A DNA stretch of 64,000 nucleotides from a virus (taxonomy: Duplodnaviria > Heunggongvirae > Uroviricota > Caudoviricetes). Position 1 is the first letter of the stretch, and each line of letters opens with the position of its first letter. Position numbers and translations under genes: made by a program. Location of the stretch: IMG/VR virus record IMGVR_UViG_2925908680_000001, one strand, 5' to 3'. Below are positions 20,826 to 31,027 of the stretch, in pieces. The notes under the pieces were generated by a model, which saw only the letters and a program-made list of their open reading frames with translations, ran no database searches and had not been told where the DNA came from.

Positions 20826-23800
20826 TTGGACAAACTACTTCATTCAATCAGTGAAGCCTCCAGCTTAGGCGAACTGATTGAAATTGTTAGTCGGTTGCAT
20901 AAATTACGTGCTGTTGCGACCTTTGGCGTCAGGAAAGCCGATGGCGTCAGTATTCAGAAAACACGCCGGGCAGCAAACAATGCCGCAGTAAATCTTCTTA
21001 ATTCCCTTCCGCCCGGCTTCGATGGGGCGAAATTAACTGACGAACAACGTCAGATTCTTGCTGGGTATACCGGTGAAGGCGGCCTGACAGATGGTGAGGG
21101 CAGCCAATACGAATACTACACGCCACAGTTTATGGCTGAAGGTATATGGGAGCTGTTTGCTGACTACGGTATTGATGGCGGTCACGTACTGGAACCATCA
21201 GCTGGCACGGGTATTTTCCAGGAGACAAAACGGCAGGGAATGATAATGACCAGCGCCGAGCTGTCTCCGATCTCCGGTCGAATCAACCAGCTGTTGCACC
21301 CGGAAGACGATGTGAACATTGGGGCGTTTGAGGCTCTGGCGGCGAAAGACGCAATGTATGACCACGCTGTTGGTAACGTACCGTTTGGCGAAGGCCGTTC
21401 CGGCGTTGCAGGGCTTGATCCGGCATATGCAAACGAGAAGAACGTTGGCAATTACTTTGTGCTGCGCACGATCGACAAGGTTAAACCTGGTGGGCTTATC
21501 GTATTGGTGGTGCCGAATGGCATGACTGATGGTACGAAATACAAAAAATTGCGCGATAAAGTTAGCCGTAAAGCGGAATTTTTGGGCGCGCATCGTATGC
21601 CTTCCGGTACGTTCAGTGAATCAGGTACAGATACCGTGGTGGACGTATGGGTATTGCGTAAACACCCGGAAGCCTTCCTGGAGATGATCCCCGATACGGA
21701 TGATTCGACGCTCAAATCGGCAAACGTCCTTTGGGATACCTTCCTCAAAGGGAAATGGTTTACAACCGAAGGGAAGCGATTTGTTTACGGCGACATGGAA
21801 CGTACCAGCTTCCGCAATACCCTGGTGGTGAAAAAAGACGGTCGTGTATCCAATGAGTCGATGAAAACCGCGCTATCTCGTCGCTTTGATAGTCGCATCA
21901 ATTGGGATTTGCTCGGCGTAACTACTCAGGCATGGCAGGGCGCGAAAGTGGGCGATAAACGCCTTGTAGGCGGTATCTGGCATGAGTTTGATGGTCTGAA
22001 ATGGGTTAAGGACACGACAACCAAATCCTCCGCGCTTGATGTAAGTCGATATGGTGTTTCGACGTTTGGCGATCTGCAGATCGCGTTCCAGTCAACAAAC
22101 GGGATTCTGGCTTTGTCATGGGACCAGATATCGGCGATCGCGTCCGACTATCCATCGGTTGTCAGTGATGAAGTGGCAGCAATGATTCGCTTTGCTGGCA
22201 AGCAGCGAGAAAAAGACAGGGAGCGCGTTATGCGCGGTGCACTGATAGGTCAGTTGATCAACAAGGCACTTGATTTGCGTAACCTGGGGGTGAACGTTGA
22301 TGACAAACTGGCAGATGCATCCCGCTTGGCGGCAGCAGAAGTTGCGAAGTATGGACCACCGCACGCGATTAAGCTGAATGGGCTTGCTGAAGCTGGCGCT
22401 AAAAACTGGATGACGTTCACTGGCAATGTGAAACAGGATGGTTCCACTTCTGACCTTCTGGCAGGGCGACTTGATGTAACGGATGGTGCTGCCGGTATTG
22501 ACTTTACGCGTCCTGAACAAGTGATAGCACATCTTTTTAGTGATGTAGCCCTTAATCCTATAACGCTGGGCGACTTTCGTGAGGCGTTTGCTGGTGAACT
22601 GCCAGAGGACGACGACGCGGTCCTTGAATACCTGGCGAAATTTGATGATATCGCTATTGATGGGTATGGCTGTCTGCTGCCGATGGACCGCGCCACCAGC
22701 GGCGATGTTGCAACCAAAACAGCACTGCTGGTGGGCTGGCGTGATGCGTCAACAGGTGAGCAGAAAGCGAACTTTGAGCGTCAGTTGGCGAAAATCGAAG
22801 AGAAACGCATTTTCACGCCACTAAATAAAGTCACCGTTAATCTGAATGCCCGCTGGCTGGATCGCCGCTTGATAAAAGAGTTCCTGGCAGAGCAGGGCTA
22901 TGACGAGTTTAAGTACACTGAACCTGATCTGAAGGTCGTCGATGGCATTCTGGTATCTCCGGACGATTACGAAGGTAAGGACGGGGTATTTACCGGCTAT
23001 CAGCTACGAACCGTAAACGGCAAAAACGGGAATGAGTTCAAGAAGGCCAACAATAAAGACGGCTTCCTGAACCAGTTAGAAAACTACCTGAACGGTGTTA
23101 AACCGCGTGGGCAGAACGCTAACGAGTACCTGGATAAAATTGCTCAACTGGAAGTTAGCTTTAACGACTGGTTACGCACCCACCCGCAGGCGGATCAGAT
23201 AGCCCGTGACTATAACGACGCATTCAATGGTTTCATTCCGTTCACACATTCTGACGCACCGCTTGGCCTGGAAGGGATTAGTGGAAAGCGCATTCCTCTG
23301 ACTTATCAGAATGAAGAAGTTCGGCGCTTGTCAGAAGATGGGCGTGGCATCATGGGATTTGGTACCGGGCTGGGTAAAACCACGACCGCGCTTGCGCTTG
23401 AGGCGTATAACTTCGAAACAGGTCGCACTAAACGCACGTGTATTGTTGTTCCGAAGGCGGTTTATCAGAACTGGTATCACGAGGCACAGAGTTTCTACAG
23501 TGCTGATGCCTTCGCCAATATGATGTTTATCGGTTTGGATGAAGTTCGTGATGACAGCGGAAATATTCTGACCGCGCCGGTGCTTGATGAAAATGGCGAA
23601 CCACGCCTCGACAGTAACGGGCAGCCTCTTACCAGAAATGTTGTGAAAGAGTCCTCCAGCGCCGTTATCGTTCAGCGTATGAACATGATCCCGTCGTCAA
23701 ATTGGCGAACGGTCATCATGACAAAAGAACAATTCGCGTCTATCCCGCTACGAGAAAAAACCATCGAGGAGAACTCACAGCAAGCTGTCTTTAATGCTGT

Positions 23801-26800
23801 GGAAATGGGGCGTCTTGACCTGGCGTCCGGTAAACACCGTGATGCGCAGAAGAAGAACAAGATTAAGGATCAGGCCGCGAATACCGGTACAACGAAGAAG
23901 CAGAATATCCCGTACTTTGAGGATATGAACTTCGATAGCGTGATTGCCGACGAGGGGCATAACTACCGCAACTCCTTTAATGCCGGGCGTGAAGCGGGAC
24001 AACTGGCATATTTGCCTAACCCGGCAGTATCCAAGATGGCCCGCGACATGGCTGTAAAAGCTGCGTACATGATGAAACGCAACAACGGGCGTGGTGTAGT
24101 CATGCTGACGGCAACTCCGCTGGTGAACAGTCCGATTGATGCCTTCAACATGCTGTCTACTGTCATTCCGCAGGAAGAGTGGATGCGCATGGGCATCATT
24201 ACGCCTGATGATTTCGTTCGTGTGTTTGGCAAAACAGCCACAGTTCAGGTCCAGAAAATTTCCGGGGAAGTGGAAGAGAAGCAGGGGCTGGTGGGCTTCC
24301 AGAACCTTGACGGCCTGCGTGGTATTTTCCATCGTTGGACCACTCTGAAGACTGCTGCAGATGTCGGAGCGACGGTTAAAATTCCCGACATCATCGAGAA
24401 CACCTTGCAGATCCCGATGACAGGGGAGCAGGAGACTGCTTATGAAGAGCTTCGTAAGCGTGCTCAGGAGTTAAGTCGCAATGATGAGCTGACAGTCGAT
24501 GAAAACGGGCATATCACTAACGACAAACCGGATGATTTCATTTTCTCCATCATCCGTGACATGGACAAGGTTGCTATAGACCCGGATCTGTATGCCAGTG
24601 CGATTACATTCCAGTTCCCCGTTGAGCTTGCAGACCAGGTAAAAGCTATTGCTGATGCCTTGCCAAAAGTAGCTGGCGGTAAAGTGGCAGATGATGTTGA
24701 TGAGGCCGAGGAAGACGGCGCTGGCGGGCTGGTCAGTACGCGTACCAGCAAGGTAGTGAAGACCGCTTTTAGTGAACATCCGACGCATGTTGAAATACGT
24801 GCCAGCATTGAACTGGAAGCTGAAATACTGAAGGCCATTGCGGCTGCCGGCATTGATATGCAGCAGGTATCGCACCCCATCCCGCCGAAGTATGCCGCGC
24901 TGATCGAAAATCTTCGTGAAGGTCTGAAGAACGGTAAGCAGATCGTCTTTATTGATGAAAAAGCCCAGCACCAGAAGCTGCGCCGTATTATCGCCAGTGC
25001 ACTGCAAATGCCGGAGCAGGAGATTGGCATTATCAATGCGACGACAGTTAGCCAGGCTGGTGGCATCAAGCTGAAGAAGGTGAATAAGCCGACCGAACCT
25101 ACTCCAAACAAAAACGGTGAATACAAAGAAGGGGCATGGGAAACCTACTACAGCAAACTTGCCCAATATGAGGATTATCTCTCCGCTAAAAATGATGCTG
25201 GCCTTGAGGGCATGGAAGGTATTGCCGCCGACTATAACGAAGGTCGCACGCGCATCATAATCTGTAACAAGAAGGCTGAAGTAGGTATTAACCTGCACAT
25301 CGGGACAACCGATATCCACCACCTGACACTACCCTGGACACCAGCCAGTATCGACCAACGAAATGGGCGCGGTGCGCGCGTAGGTTCACCGCAAGAAAAG
25401 GTCAATGTTCACTACTATTGTGGCAAAGGCACATTCGACGACTTCCGTCTGGATACGCTGAAACGTAAGAAAGACTGGATCAAGATGGTGATGACCTCCG
25501 ACATGTCAGAGATCGCCAATGGTGATGCGGATGATGCTGATGAACGCGCCATTATGCTGGCGGCAAACCCGGAAGAACGCCGCGCAATCATGGCTCGCCA
25601 GGCGCAAGAGCGTGAAGAACGTCTGAAACTGAAAGCACAGCGCGAGGCCAACAATGCTCTCGATATCTACCTGAAAGCGGCAAACGCCGCCGGAAAAGAT
25701 ATCGGCATGATGGAGACAGAACTGAAAAGCGCGATGGAACAGATAGAGTATTACCAGCGAAATCTTGACGACCTGATAAAAGCGGGTACGAACAGGAATG
25801 GGCAAAAATACGCACTTGAGCAGTTGAGTAGCTACAGAAAACGTGCGCGGGTGCTGCGGTTTGCGATCACCAGGGCAAAAGACGCGGATACCATAATGAA
25901 ACGCTCTCGTGGTGATGTGGAGCGCGCTATTAAGTCTGGTGTGCTGGATATCAGTATCGATGTTATTCAGAACCCACAGGAATATATGCGCACTGACAAG
26001 AATATCCTGTTGCATAAAGGTAGTTATTACCGTGCAGTCATTGATGATCGCGAAACAACAGCGATTGTCCGGGTGGAAAAAATTGACGGTGAAAAAGCAC
26101 AATACCTCTGCCGTATCGCCTGGTTGGATAGAGCAAGTCGTTACGCTCGAGCACCGGGGTCAATCGTTACATTGCCGTTTGACTCTGTGATTGAAGCGGT
26201 AACTTTTGAAGAGGGGGTAGCTGAATCGCGCGCAACGGCTGCGCGTGGTGTTCAGTGCCACCAGCTATCAACAATACTTACTCGCGATCAGTTCTATGAT
26301 GCTATTCGCAATGGGGTAATGAATGTTATTGCTGGTAAACCTGGTAATGCATGGGGCGGTGGGTCAGCGATTAAATACTGGGCATATCGCACAGATGATG
26401 GTCAGATCGCGCTGTCATCGGCCTATGATGGCGTGATAGGCCAAAAAATCGGGCGAGCATCGGATATAGCACCTGAGCGATGGATATATCCTGATGGCAA
26501 CGACGAGGCGCTGAAGCGTGAAGTGGCAAAAATACAAGCCAGTGATAACCCGCTGAATATCGTGGACGGCGAGGGATTCCTCCAGGCATTGTATGGGTAT
26601 GATTACATCCAGGGAATGCAGTCATGGGGCGCACAGGCAACGATGGATGATGTTGCCCAGGAGTTCGAAAACTGGATGGCTGGGCGTGGTCTGTCAGGTC
26701 GTTCGCTTAATAAAGTCACTTCTGAAGATATTCTTAGCTTGTTCCGCAAACCGTCCGGAGAAGGTCTGGAATCATTCTGGAGGACCGTGCTGGCATACCG

Positions 26801-27662
26801 TGTATTCCAGGGCAGGATGAAAGCCTTTAGCAATATCGATGATATTGAACGGATGTTTAATCAGGTCAAGATAGCGAAAATTAAGACGAAGATCGAAAAA
26901 ACACGTTCTGCGCTGGTGGCCTGGCGCGATGCATTGTTTGAGCAATATAAATCACTCAGTGATGCAGATGGATGGGCGGCATTGGAACAGCTGGCGAATA
27001 ATGGGGTAGATGGAGCGAAACTAGCCATTGTTCAGGCTGATAACCCCCTGGAATCACCGGCAGCACAGTGGATTAAGGTGGGGGCTGTCATCAATGCATT
27101 TGATGAAAAATACATTAGTAAGGACGATTTTGCTGATGCTGTTTCTGTTAATCGCCTGGTAGAAATGGCTACCCGTCGCGCCCGTGAGTTGAAAGACGGC
27201 GACTATGTGAATGAGTTGCCGGATGCGCTCAAATCGGCAACGTGGCAGGACTATGTATCGCTGAAAAACGGCGGGGCCACTGAATCAGAGATCGCGGAAA
27301 GGCTTGAGCAGGCTGAAAGCAAAAGAGAAGAGCAGGCGGCAGTGGCTGAAGCCAGAGCTGATGAAGCGGCGAATGATGACTATATCATTGTGGTTAATGA
27401 TAAGCCGATTCGCGCTAAGGCGCGTGTTCGCGGGCGCTGGTGGAGCGTCAGCGAGGACGTTGGCGCGGTTTATCTCATTGCCGACCAACCAGGTTCCTCG
27501 ACAATACGGAACGCCAAAGACGCGATTAAGAAGATTGGCGGGCGTTTCTGGAATTTTGAAGCAAACCCGGTTGCTGATGTGAACTTTGACCGTCCTGCAT
27601 GGATGGTATCTACGCGTTACTCGGTAGATGAACTGCGTAAAATAATCGCCGATGCGGCCTAA
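20826..27662 (+). CDS. darB: DarB-like antirestriction protein: N6-adenine methyltransferase + SF2 helicase fusion
   Basis: 2278 aa; SAM motif EPSAGTGIF, catalytic NVPFG, Walker A GFGTGLGKTT, DEGH box, helicase motif VI QRNGRGARVG; strong SD before TTG start. Confidence 0.75.
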   Translation: MDKLLHSISEASSLGELIEIVSRLHKLRAVATFGVRKADGVSIQKTRRAANNAAVNLLNSLPPGFDGAKLTDEQRQILAGYTGEGGLTDGEGSQYEYYTPQFMAEGIWELFADYGIDGGHVLEPSAGTGIFQETKRQGMIMTSAELSPISGRINQLLHPEDDVNIGAFEALAAKDAMYDHAVGNVPFGEGRSGVAGLDPAYANEKNVGNYFVLRTIDKVKPGGLIVLVVPNGMTDGTKYKKLRDKVSRKAEFLGAHRMPSGTFSESGTDTVVDVWVLRKHPEAFLEMIPDTDDSTLKSANVLWDTFLKGKWFTTEGKRFVYGDMERTSFRNTLVVKKDGRVSNESMKTALSRRFDSRINWDLLGVTTQAWQGAKVGDKRLVGGIWHEFDGLKWVKDTTTKSSALDVSRYGVSTFGDLQIAFQSTNGILALSWDQISAIASDYPSVVSDEVAAMIRFAGKQREKDRERVMRGALIGQLINKALDLRNLGVNVDDKLADASRLAAAEVAKYGPPHAIKLNGLAEAGAKNWMTFTGNVKQDGSTSDLLAGRLDVTDGAAGIDFTRPEQVIAHLFSDVALNPITLGDFREAFAGELPEDDDAVLEYLAKFDDIAIDGYGCLLPMDRATSGDVATKTALLVGWRDASTGEQKANFERQLAKIEEKRIFTPLNKVTVNLNARWLDRRLIKEFLAEQGYDEFKYTEPDLKVVDGILVSPDDYEGKDGVFTGYQLRTVNGKNGNEFKKANNKDGFLNQLENYLNGVKPRGQNANEYLDKIAQLEVSFNDWLRTHPQADQIARDYNDAFNGFIPFTHSDAPLGLEGISGKRIPLTYQNEEVRRLSEDGRGIMGFGTGLGKTTTALALEAYNFETGRTKRTCIVVPKAVYQNWYHEAQSFYSADAFANMMFIGLDEVRDDSGNILTAPVLDENGEPRLDSNGQPLTRNVVKESSSAVIVQRMNMIPSSNWRTVIMTKEQFASIPLREKTIEENSQQAVFNAVEMGRLDLASGKHRDAQKKNKIKDQAANTGTTKKQNIPYFEDMNFDSVIADEGHNYRNSFNAGREAGQLAYLPNPAVSKMARDMAVKAAYMMKRNNGRGVVMLTATPLVNSPIDAFNMLSTVIPQEEWMRMGIITPDDFVRVFGKTATVQVQKISGEVEEKQGLVGFQNLDGLRGIFHRWTTLKTAADVGATVKIPDIIENTLQIPMTGEQETAYEELRKRAQELSRNDELTVDENGHITNDKPDDFIFSIIRDMDKVAIDPDLYASAITFQFPVELADQVKAIADALPKVAGGKVADDVDEAEEDGAGGLVSTRTSKVVKTAFSEHPTHVEIRASIELEAEILKAIAAAGIDMQQVSHPIPPKYAALIENLREGLKNGKQIVFIDEKAQHQKLRRIIASALQMPEQEIGIINATTVSQAGGIKLKKVNKPTEPTPNKNGEYKEGAWETYYSKLAQYEDYLSAKNDAGLEGMEGIAADYNEGRTRIIICNKKAEVGINLHIGTTDIHHLTLPWTPASIDQRNGRGARVGSPQEKVNVHYYCGKGTFDDFRLDTLKRKKDWIKMVMTSDMSEIANGDADDADERAIMLAANPEERRAIMARQAQEREERLKLKAQREANNALDIYLKAANAAGKDIGMMETELKSAMEQIEYYQRNLDDLIKAGTNRNGQKYALEQLSSYRKRARVLRFAITRAKDADTIMKRSRGDVERAIKSGVLDISIDVIQNPQEYMRTDKNILLHKGSYYRAVIDDRETTAIVRVEKIDGEKAQYLCRIAWLDRASRYARAPGSIVTLPFDSVIEAVTFEEGVAESRATAARGVQCHQLSTILTRDQFYDAIRNGVMNVIAGKPGNAWGGGSAIKYWAYRTDDGQIALSSAYDGVIGQKIGRASDIAPERWIYPDGNDEALKREVAKIQASDNPLNIVDGEGFLQALYGYDYIQGMQSWGAQATMDDVAQEFENWMAGRGLSGRSLNKVTSEDILSLFRKPSGEGLESFWRTVLAYRVFQGRMKAFSNIDDIERMFNQVKIAKIKTKIEKTRSALVAWRDALFEQYKSLSDADGWAALEQLANNGVDGAKLAIVQADNPLESPAAQWIKVGAVINAFDEKYISKDDFADAVSVNRLVEMATRRARELKDGDYVNELPDALKSATWQDYVSLKNGGATESEIAERLEQAESKREEQAAVAEARADEAANDDYIIVVNDKPIRAKARVRGRWWSVSEDVGAVYLIADQPGSSTIRNAKDAIKKIGGRFWNFEANPVADVNFDRPAWMVSTRYSVDELRKIIADAA

Positions 27663-27673
27663 CAGATAAGGAG

Positions 27674-27690
27674 CGGCCCCAACCGGGGCC
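27674..27690 (+). other. hairpin cggcccc-aa-ccggggccg after darB
   Basis: 7-bp stem, weak U-tract. Confidence 0.35.
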
Positions 27691-27698
27691 GAATTTGA

Positions 27699-28133
27699 AT
27701 GACGACATTAATTGACACTGTAAAACCGACGGAATCCTACCTTGAGGACATTTTGCCGCAGGCGCTCAATGGCAGGAGTGAAGAGGCGTTTCTGGATGCA
27801 TATCTGAATGGCATGGTGGAAAGGCTGAAACGAGATCCACAGCTTTATCACCTTTATGGGCCGTGGTGGCCTGCGCTTAAAACGTTATTGCTGGAGCGCG
27901 GCGACATATCATTTGGACAAGTTGTAGATAGTGATGTGGCAGAGATCTACAAAATGAGTCGCCCGGCGCTTACGGTTTTGGCTGGGCATCTGTATTCGAG
28001 CGATCGCCTGGGAAATGACGCGGTATACAATCCCGTTCATGCTCTGGAAGTCGCACCTTATGCTGATGATACAGAGCCATACGTGTACATAAGTTACGAC
28101 GAGTCTATAGAGAAATATCGAATCATGGGGTAG
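27699..28133 (+). CDS. hypothetical protein
   Basis: 144 aa ORF immediately after darB. Confidence 0.4.
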   Translation: MTTLIDTVKPTESYLEDILPQALNGRSEEAFLDAYLNGMVERLKRDPQLYHLYGPWWPALKTLLLERGDISFGQVVDSDVAEIYKMSRPALTVLAGHLYSSDRLGNDAVYNPVHALEVAPYADDTEPYVYISYDESIEKYRIMG

Positions 28134-28135
28134 CC

Positions 28136-28396
28136 ATGCGAAAGAATCGTAGGTTTACGGTCGAAGACCTAAAGGAATATTCCATATCGAAGGGGTATAT
28201 CCTTGAGTTCCACCGATACAAGAAGGTTTTTACGCTGCGAAAAGCAGAAAACCCTGCGAACTGGAGCTGGATATACTTTCCTCACACCGATGATAAGTTG
28301 GTAGAACTTGTTGATGATTTAACCTATGAAGGTTGGTTGATCGCAATCGACAAGACAATCAAAGAATTATCCGAACAGGATAAAATAACCCTTTAA
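28136..28396 (+). CDS. hypothetical protein
   Basis: 86 aa ORF, 3-nt spacing from previous. Confidence 0.4.
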   Translation: MRKNRRFTVEDLKEYSISKGYILEFHRYKKVFTLRKAENPANWSWIYFPHTDDKLVELVDDLTYEGWLIAIDKTIKELSEQDKITL

Positions 28397-28408
28397 AAAT
28401 AACAGGTT

Positions 28409-28432
28409 GGGTAAATGCCATGCGATTTACCC
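28409..28432 (+). terminator. hairpin gggtaaat-gccatgcg-atttaccc
   Basis: 8-bp stem after stop. Confidence 0.45.
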
Positions 28433-28532
28433 TCCTTGTTGATTAAGGTCACTCTTTACTCTAAAAGCAAATCCGACCTGTTGCATATAGACCATCCTTG
28501 AGTAGTATCTCTCTTGTTTTACAAATCTAACG

Positions 28533-29027
28533 TTGTTGTTATTATTTCGCATATTTACTATCAATGGGTGTGTTAGAAAAATAGCGCGAAAGAGAAGGCG
28601 TCGCAGTGAATATTCTGAAACATCCCCACATGCCGCAGCTCTTAGAGAACTGGAGAAAAACCCAGATCTAATCAAAAGGAACCATGAGCATTACGAGCAG
28701 GTTCGCGTCCTGGACTGGTTGTATCGCAATATGCGTTATGTGTATGAGCATACTCACGCCACTCCAAACGGTGGCCTGCGAGGCATAAGGACGGCAATAA
28801 AAATGGTGGCAGAGGGCCAAAAGAAGGGATATCCCGATCTTTCTATAGACCTTGCTTGTGGGGGATACCACGGAATGCGCATTGAGATGAAACATGGGAG
28901 AAATCGCCTGACTCCCGAACAACTCGTCTGGATGACCCGCCTCACTGAAGCCGGTTACTACTGCTTTGAGGCGCGCAGTGCCGCTGAAGCCATAAAAGCT
29001 ATCACGGAGTATGTTTGTCTTGATTAA
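28533..29027 (+). CDS. VRR-NUC domain nuclease (start uncertain)
   Basis: C-terminal GYPDLSIDLACGGYHGMRIEMK pattern typical of VRR-NUC; operator-like 9-mer lies inside the annotated 5' end, so true start is probably downstream. Confidence 0.55.
   Translation: MLLLFRIFTINGCVRKIARKRRRRSEYSETSPHAAALRELEKNPDLIKRNHEHYEQVRVLDWLYRNMRYVYEHTHATPNGGLRGIRTAIKMVAEGQKKGYPDLSIDLACGGYHGMRIEMKHGRNRLTPEQLVWMTRLTEAGYYCFEARSAAEAIKAITEYVCLD
28571..28579 (+). promoter_or_regulatory. operator-like TGTTAGAAA
   Basis: Dispersed motif family. Confidence 0.45.
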
Positions 29028-29041
29028 ACGGAGAAATCGTT

Positions 29042-29242
29042 TTGCGTTTACTTAACGTGGCAGAACTTATCCCTGCAGGAACTAATGCTATCGCTCGTCG
29101 TCGCTCATGGCAGCAGGCTCTATGTATTGAGATCTCGAAACGTATCAATGGAAGTTTTGAAGCTCGCAATATTGTTACTGGCGATAAGGTTCACATAACC
29201 CCGGAAAGTGCAAGCGCTGATGATTGGGAGTTTGTACATTGA
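29042..29242 (+). CDS. hypothetical protein
   Basis: 66 aa ORF. Confidence 0.3.
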   Translation: MRLLNVAELIPAGTNAIARRRSWQQALCIEISKRINGSFEARNIVTGDKVHITPESASADDWEFVH

Positions 29243-29538
29243 GCAAAAAATATTATGTGAGTCTGGCGTTCGCTGACGATGCGGGGAGGACGCGGAGTAT
29301 CACGTTGAGCACGCCGGTTAAGGCTGTGACAGCGCCGTTAATCCGTGAAGCTCTCAGAGAGCTGGAATTGGGGGAAAACTCGGCACTGTTGTCGGTTAGT
29401 TGGTTAGGGAAAATGTCAGAGAAGCAATACGTGAATGGAGTTACCCCAATAACAGTAATGAGGCTACTTTCATTGCTGCAATGGGCCATCGTACCTGTAT
29501 TTATCGCGTATCTTATTTATCAGGCTGCAACACAGTAA
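29224..29538 (+). CDS. hypothetical protein with C-terminal TM helix
   Basis: 104 aa ORF followed by strong terminator. Confidence 0.35.
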   Translation: MGVCTLSKKYYVSLAFADDAGRTRSITLSTPVKAVTAPLIREALRELELGENSALLSVSWLGKMSEKQYVNGVTPITVMRLLSLLQWAIVPVFIAYLIYQAATQ

Positions 29539-29545
29539 TTGCATA

Positions 29546-29575
29546 AAAACCCGCCAATTAGCGGGTTTTTTGTTT
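29546..29575 (+). terminator. rho-independent terminator aaaacccgc-caatta-gcgggtttt + T-run
   Basis: Classic. Confidence 0.9.
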
Positions 29576-29613
29576 ATTGCATCTTCCGATACCGCCATCA
29601 AACTAATAAAATA

Positions 29614-29622
29614 TGTTAGAAA
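29614..29622 (+). promoter_or_regulatory. operator-like TGTTAGAAA
   Basis: Dispersed motif family; 30 bp upstream of 29652 ORF. Confidence 0.55.
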
Positions 29623-29651
29623 ACTAATTTAACAAGGTGACGGGAACAGCA

Positions 29652-30860
29652 ATGAGTCAACACACTGATACTTCTAATCTGGAAATTATCTCGACAGCAA
29701 TTGAAACGCTGCGCACACAAATCGCTCTTATACAGAAACGGAATCCGGGTGATGACCTGTCAAAGCGACTGCACGAGAGTGTCATTGCCACTACAGATAA
29801 CCTGGTGGCGGAAATCAACAAGCTGCTTGATGATGGGGCAGTTGATTACAATAAGCTGGTGGATCAGTTTGAGGAATACCAACAAGCCGTTAATGATGGC
29901 TTGATCCGTTTTTCACAAGTCACAGGCGTATCAGCGACAGTTGAAAGCCTGGGTGATGCAGTTAATCAATTTGCCGCGAATATGCGTAATGAGATCGGCA
30001 ATCTGGAAGCGCGTCTTGAACAGGCAAATACACTGCGTAAATCTGCCGAAGCCGATTTGAACCGTTACAAAAAAGACTATCCGCCCAGCCTGACAAAGCG
30101 GCTGGATGTTGCGGAGAAGGATAACCGCACGCTGAAAAGAGAGCGCCGGGAACTAAAAGAGCGTTTAACCAAGCTCAATCAGCAATGCATTGATTATCAA
30201 GGCGAAGGCGTCACACTGCGTAAAAAGTTGGCTACAGCGCAGAGCATTATCGAAACATTAAAGCGAGAGTGCTCACAGCTTGGTCACGATCTGAACCGTG
30301 CTTGTGGCATGGGACAAAGACCAGAGACATTTCCACTTATGTATGATGGAAGGGATGCCATTGCCTACATCCATGAGTATCCGCACGGCCTGGTTGCGGA
30401 AACTGGGCAGCGTGGCGAAGCACTGCTGACGGCTAATTACCATCAACAAATCAGAACCAATCGCCTGTTAACGATGGATGTGATCCCATCGGTATGGGGA
30501 ACGCCGCTTTACTATCGCCTGCCGGGCTTCGAAAAGGACTGGAATACCGACATAGACGAATGTCTCGCAGATAAAATTATGGCGTACCTGGAGACGGATT
30601 TTCCGCGCTTATATCGCCGGATTATGGACTCTAAGGATGCGCCAATCGATGAATTAAAAATGCGTCCGGAGACGCTGGAGGCAATCAAGCAGACGGAGTT
30701 TGATACTGTATTCAGTGTGGCCTGCATTCCAAGCTGTTTCCATGAAAGCATCCCGTTCATGCAAGGAGATCGTCGTCAGGAAATCCTTGACGCTTGCCGG
30801 GTATGGGCGAACGAATGGGATAAGAAGAATGGGGGTGTAGAAGATCTTTATGGGAAATAA
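29652..30860 (+). CDS. coiled-coil protein of unknown function, operator-bracketed
   Basis: ATG at 29652 (ORF track GTG at 29637); N-terminal coiled coil, C-terminal globular domain. Confidence 0.5.
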   Translation: MSQHTDTSNLEIISTAIETLRTQIALIQKRNPGDDLSKRLHESVIATTDNLVAEINKLLDDGAVDYNKLVDQFEEYQQAVNDGLIRFSQVTGVSATVESLGDAVNQFAANMRNEIGNLEARLEQANTLRKSAEADLNRYKKDYPPSLTKRLDVAEKDNRTLKRERRELKERLTKLNQQCIDYQGEGVTLRKKLATAQSIIETLKRECSQLGHDLNRACGMGQRPETFPLMYDGRDAIAYIHEYPHGLVAETGQRGEALLTANYHQQIRTNRLLTMDVIPSVWGTPLYYRLPGFEKDWNTDIDECLADKIMAYLETDFPRLYRRIMDSKDAPIDELKMRPETLEAIKQTEFDTVFSVACIPSCFHESIPFMQGDRRQEILDACRVWANEWDKKNGGVEDLYGK

Positions 30861-30862
30861 TG

Positions 30863-30871
30863 TGTTAGAAA
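30863..30871 (+). promoter_or_regulatory. operator-like TGTTAGAAA
   Basis: Dispersed motif family. Confidence 0.5.
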
Positions 30872-31018
30872 TCTAAAATCACAATCCGAATGTATTGATT
30901 GTGAAGATAACTTAACATAGAATTTTCCTTGCTGGTGGGCGGTACCCACGTTTCGCTTGCTGGGCTTGATAGTCACTTATTGGTTATTGTTCTCCCACCA
31001 GCATTTAACAAATTAAAG

Positions 31019-31027
31019 TGTTAGAAA
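31019..31027 (+). promoter_or_regulatory. operator-like TGTTAGAAA
   Basis: Dispersed motif family. Confidence 0.5.

Noticed and set aside
21182-26833. Numerous 60-280-aa ORFs on both strands within 20826..27662
   Set aside because: Embedded in the continuous 2278-aa DarB-like frame, which carries coherent methyltransferase and helicase motifs; the internal ORFs are spurious.
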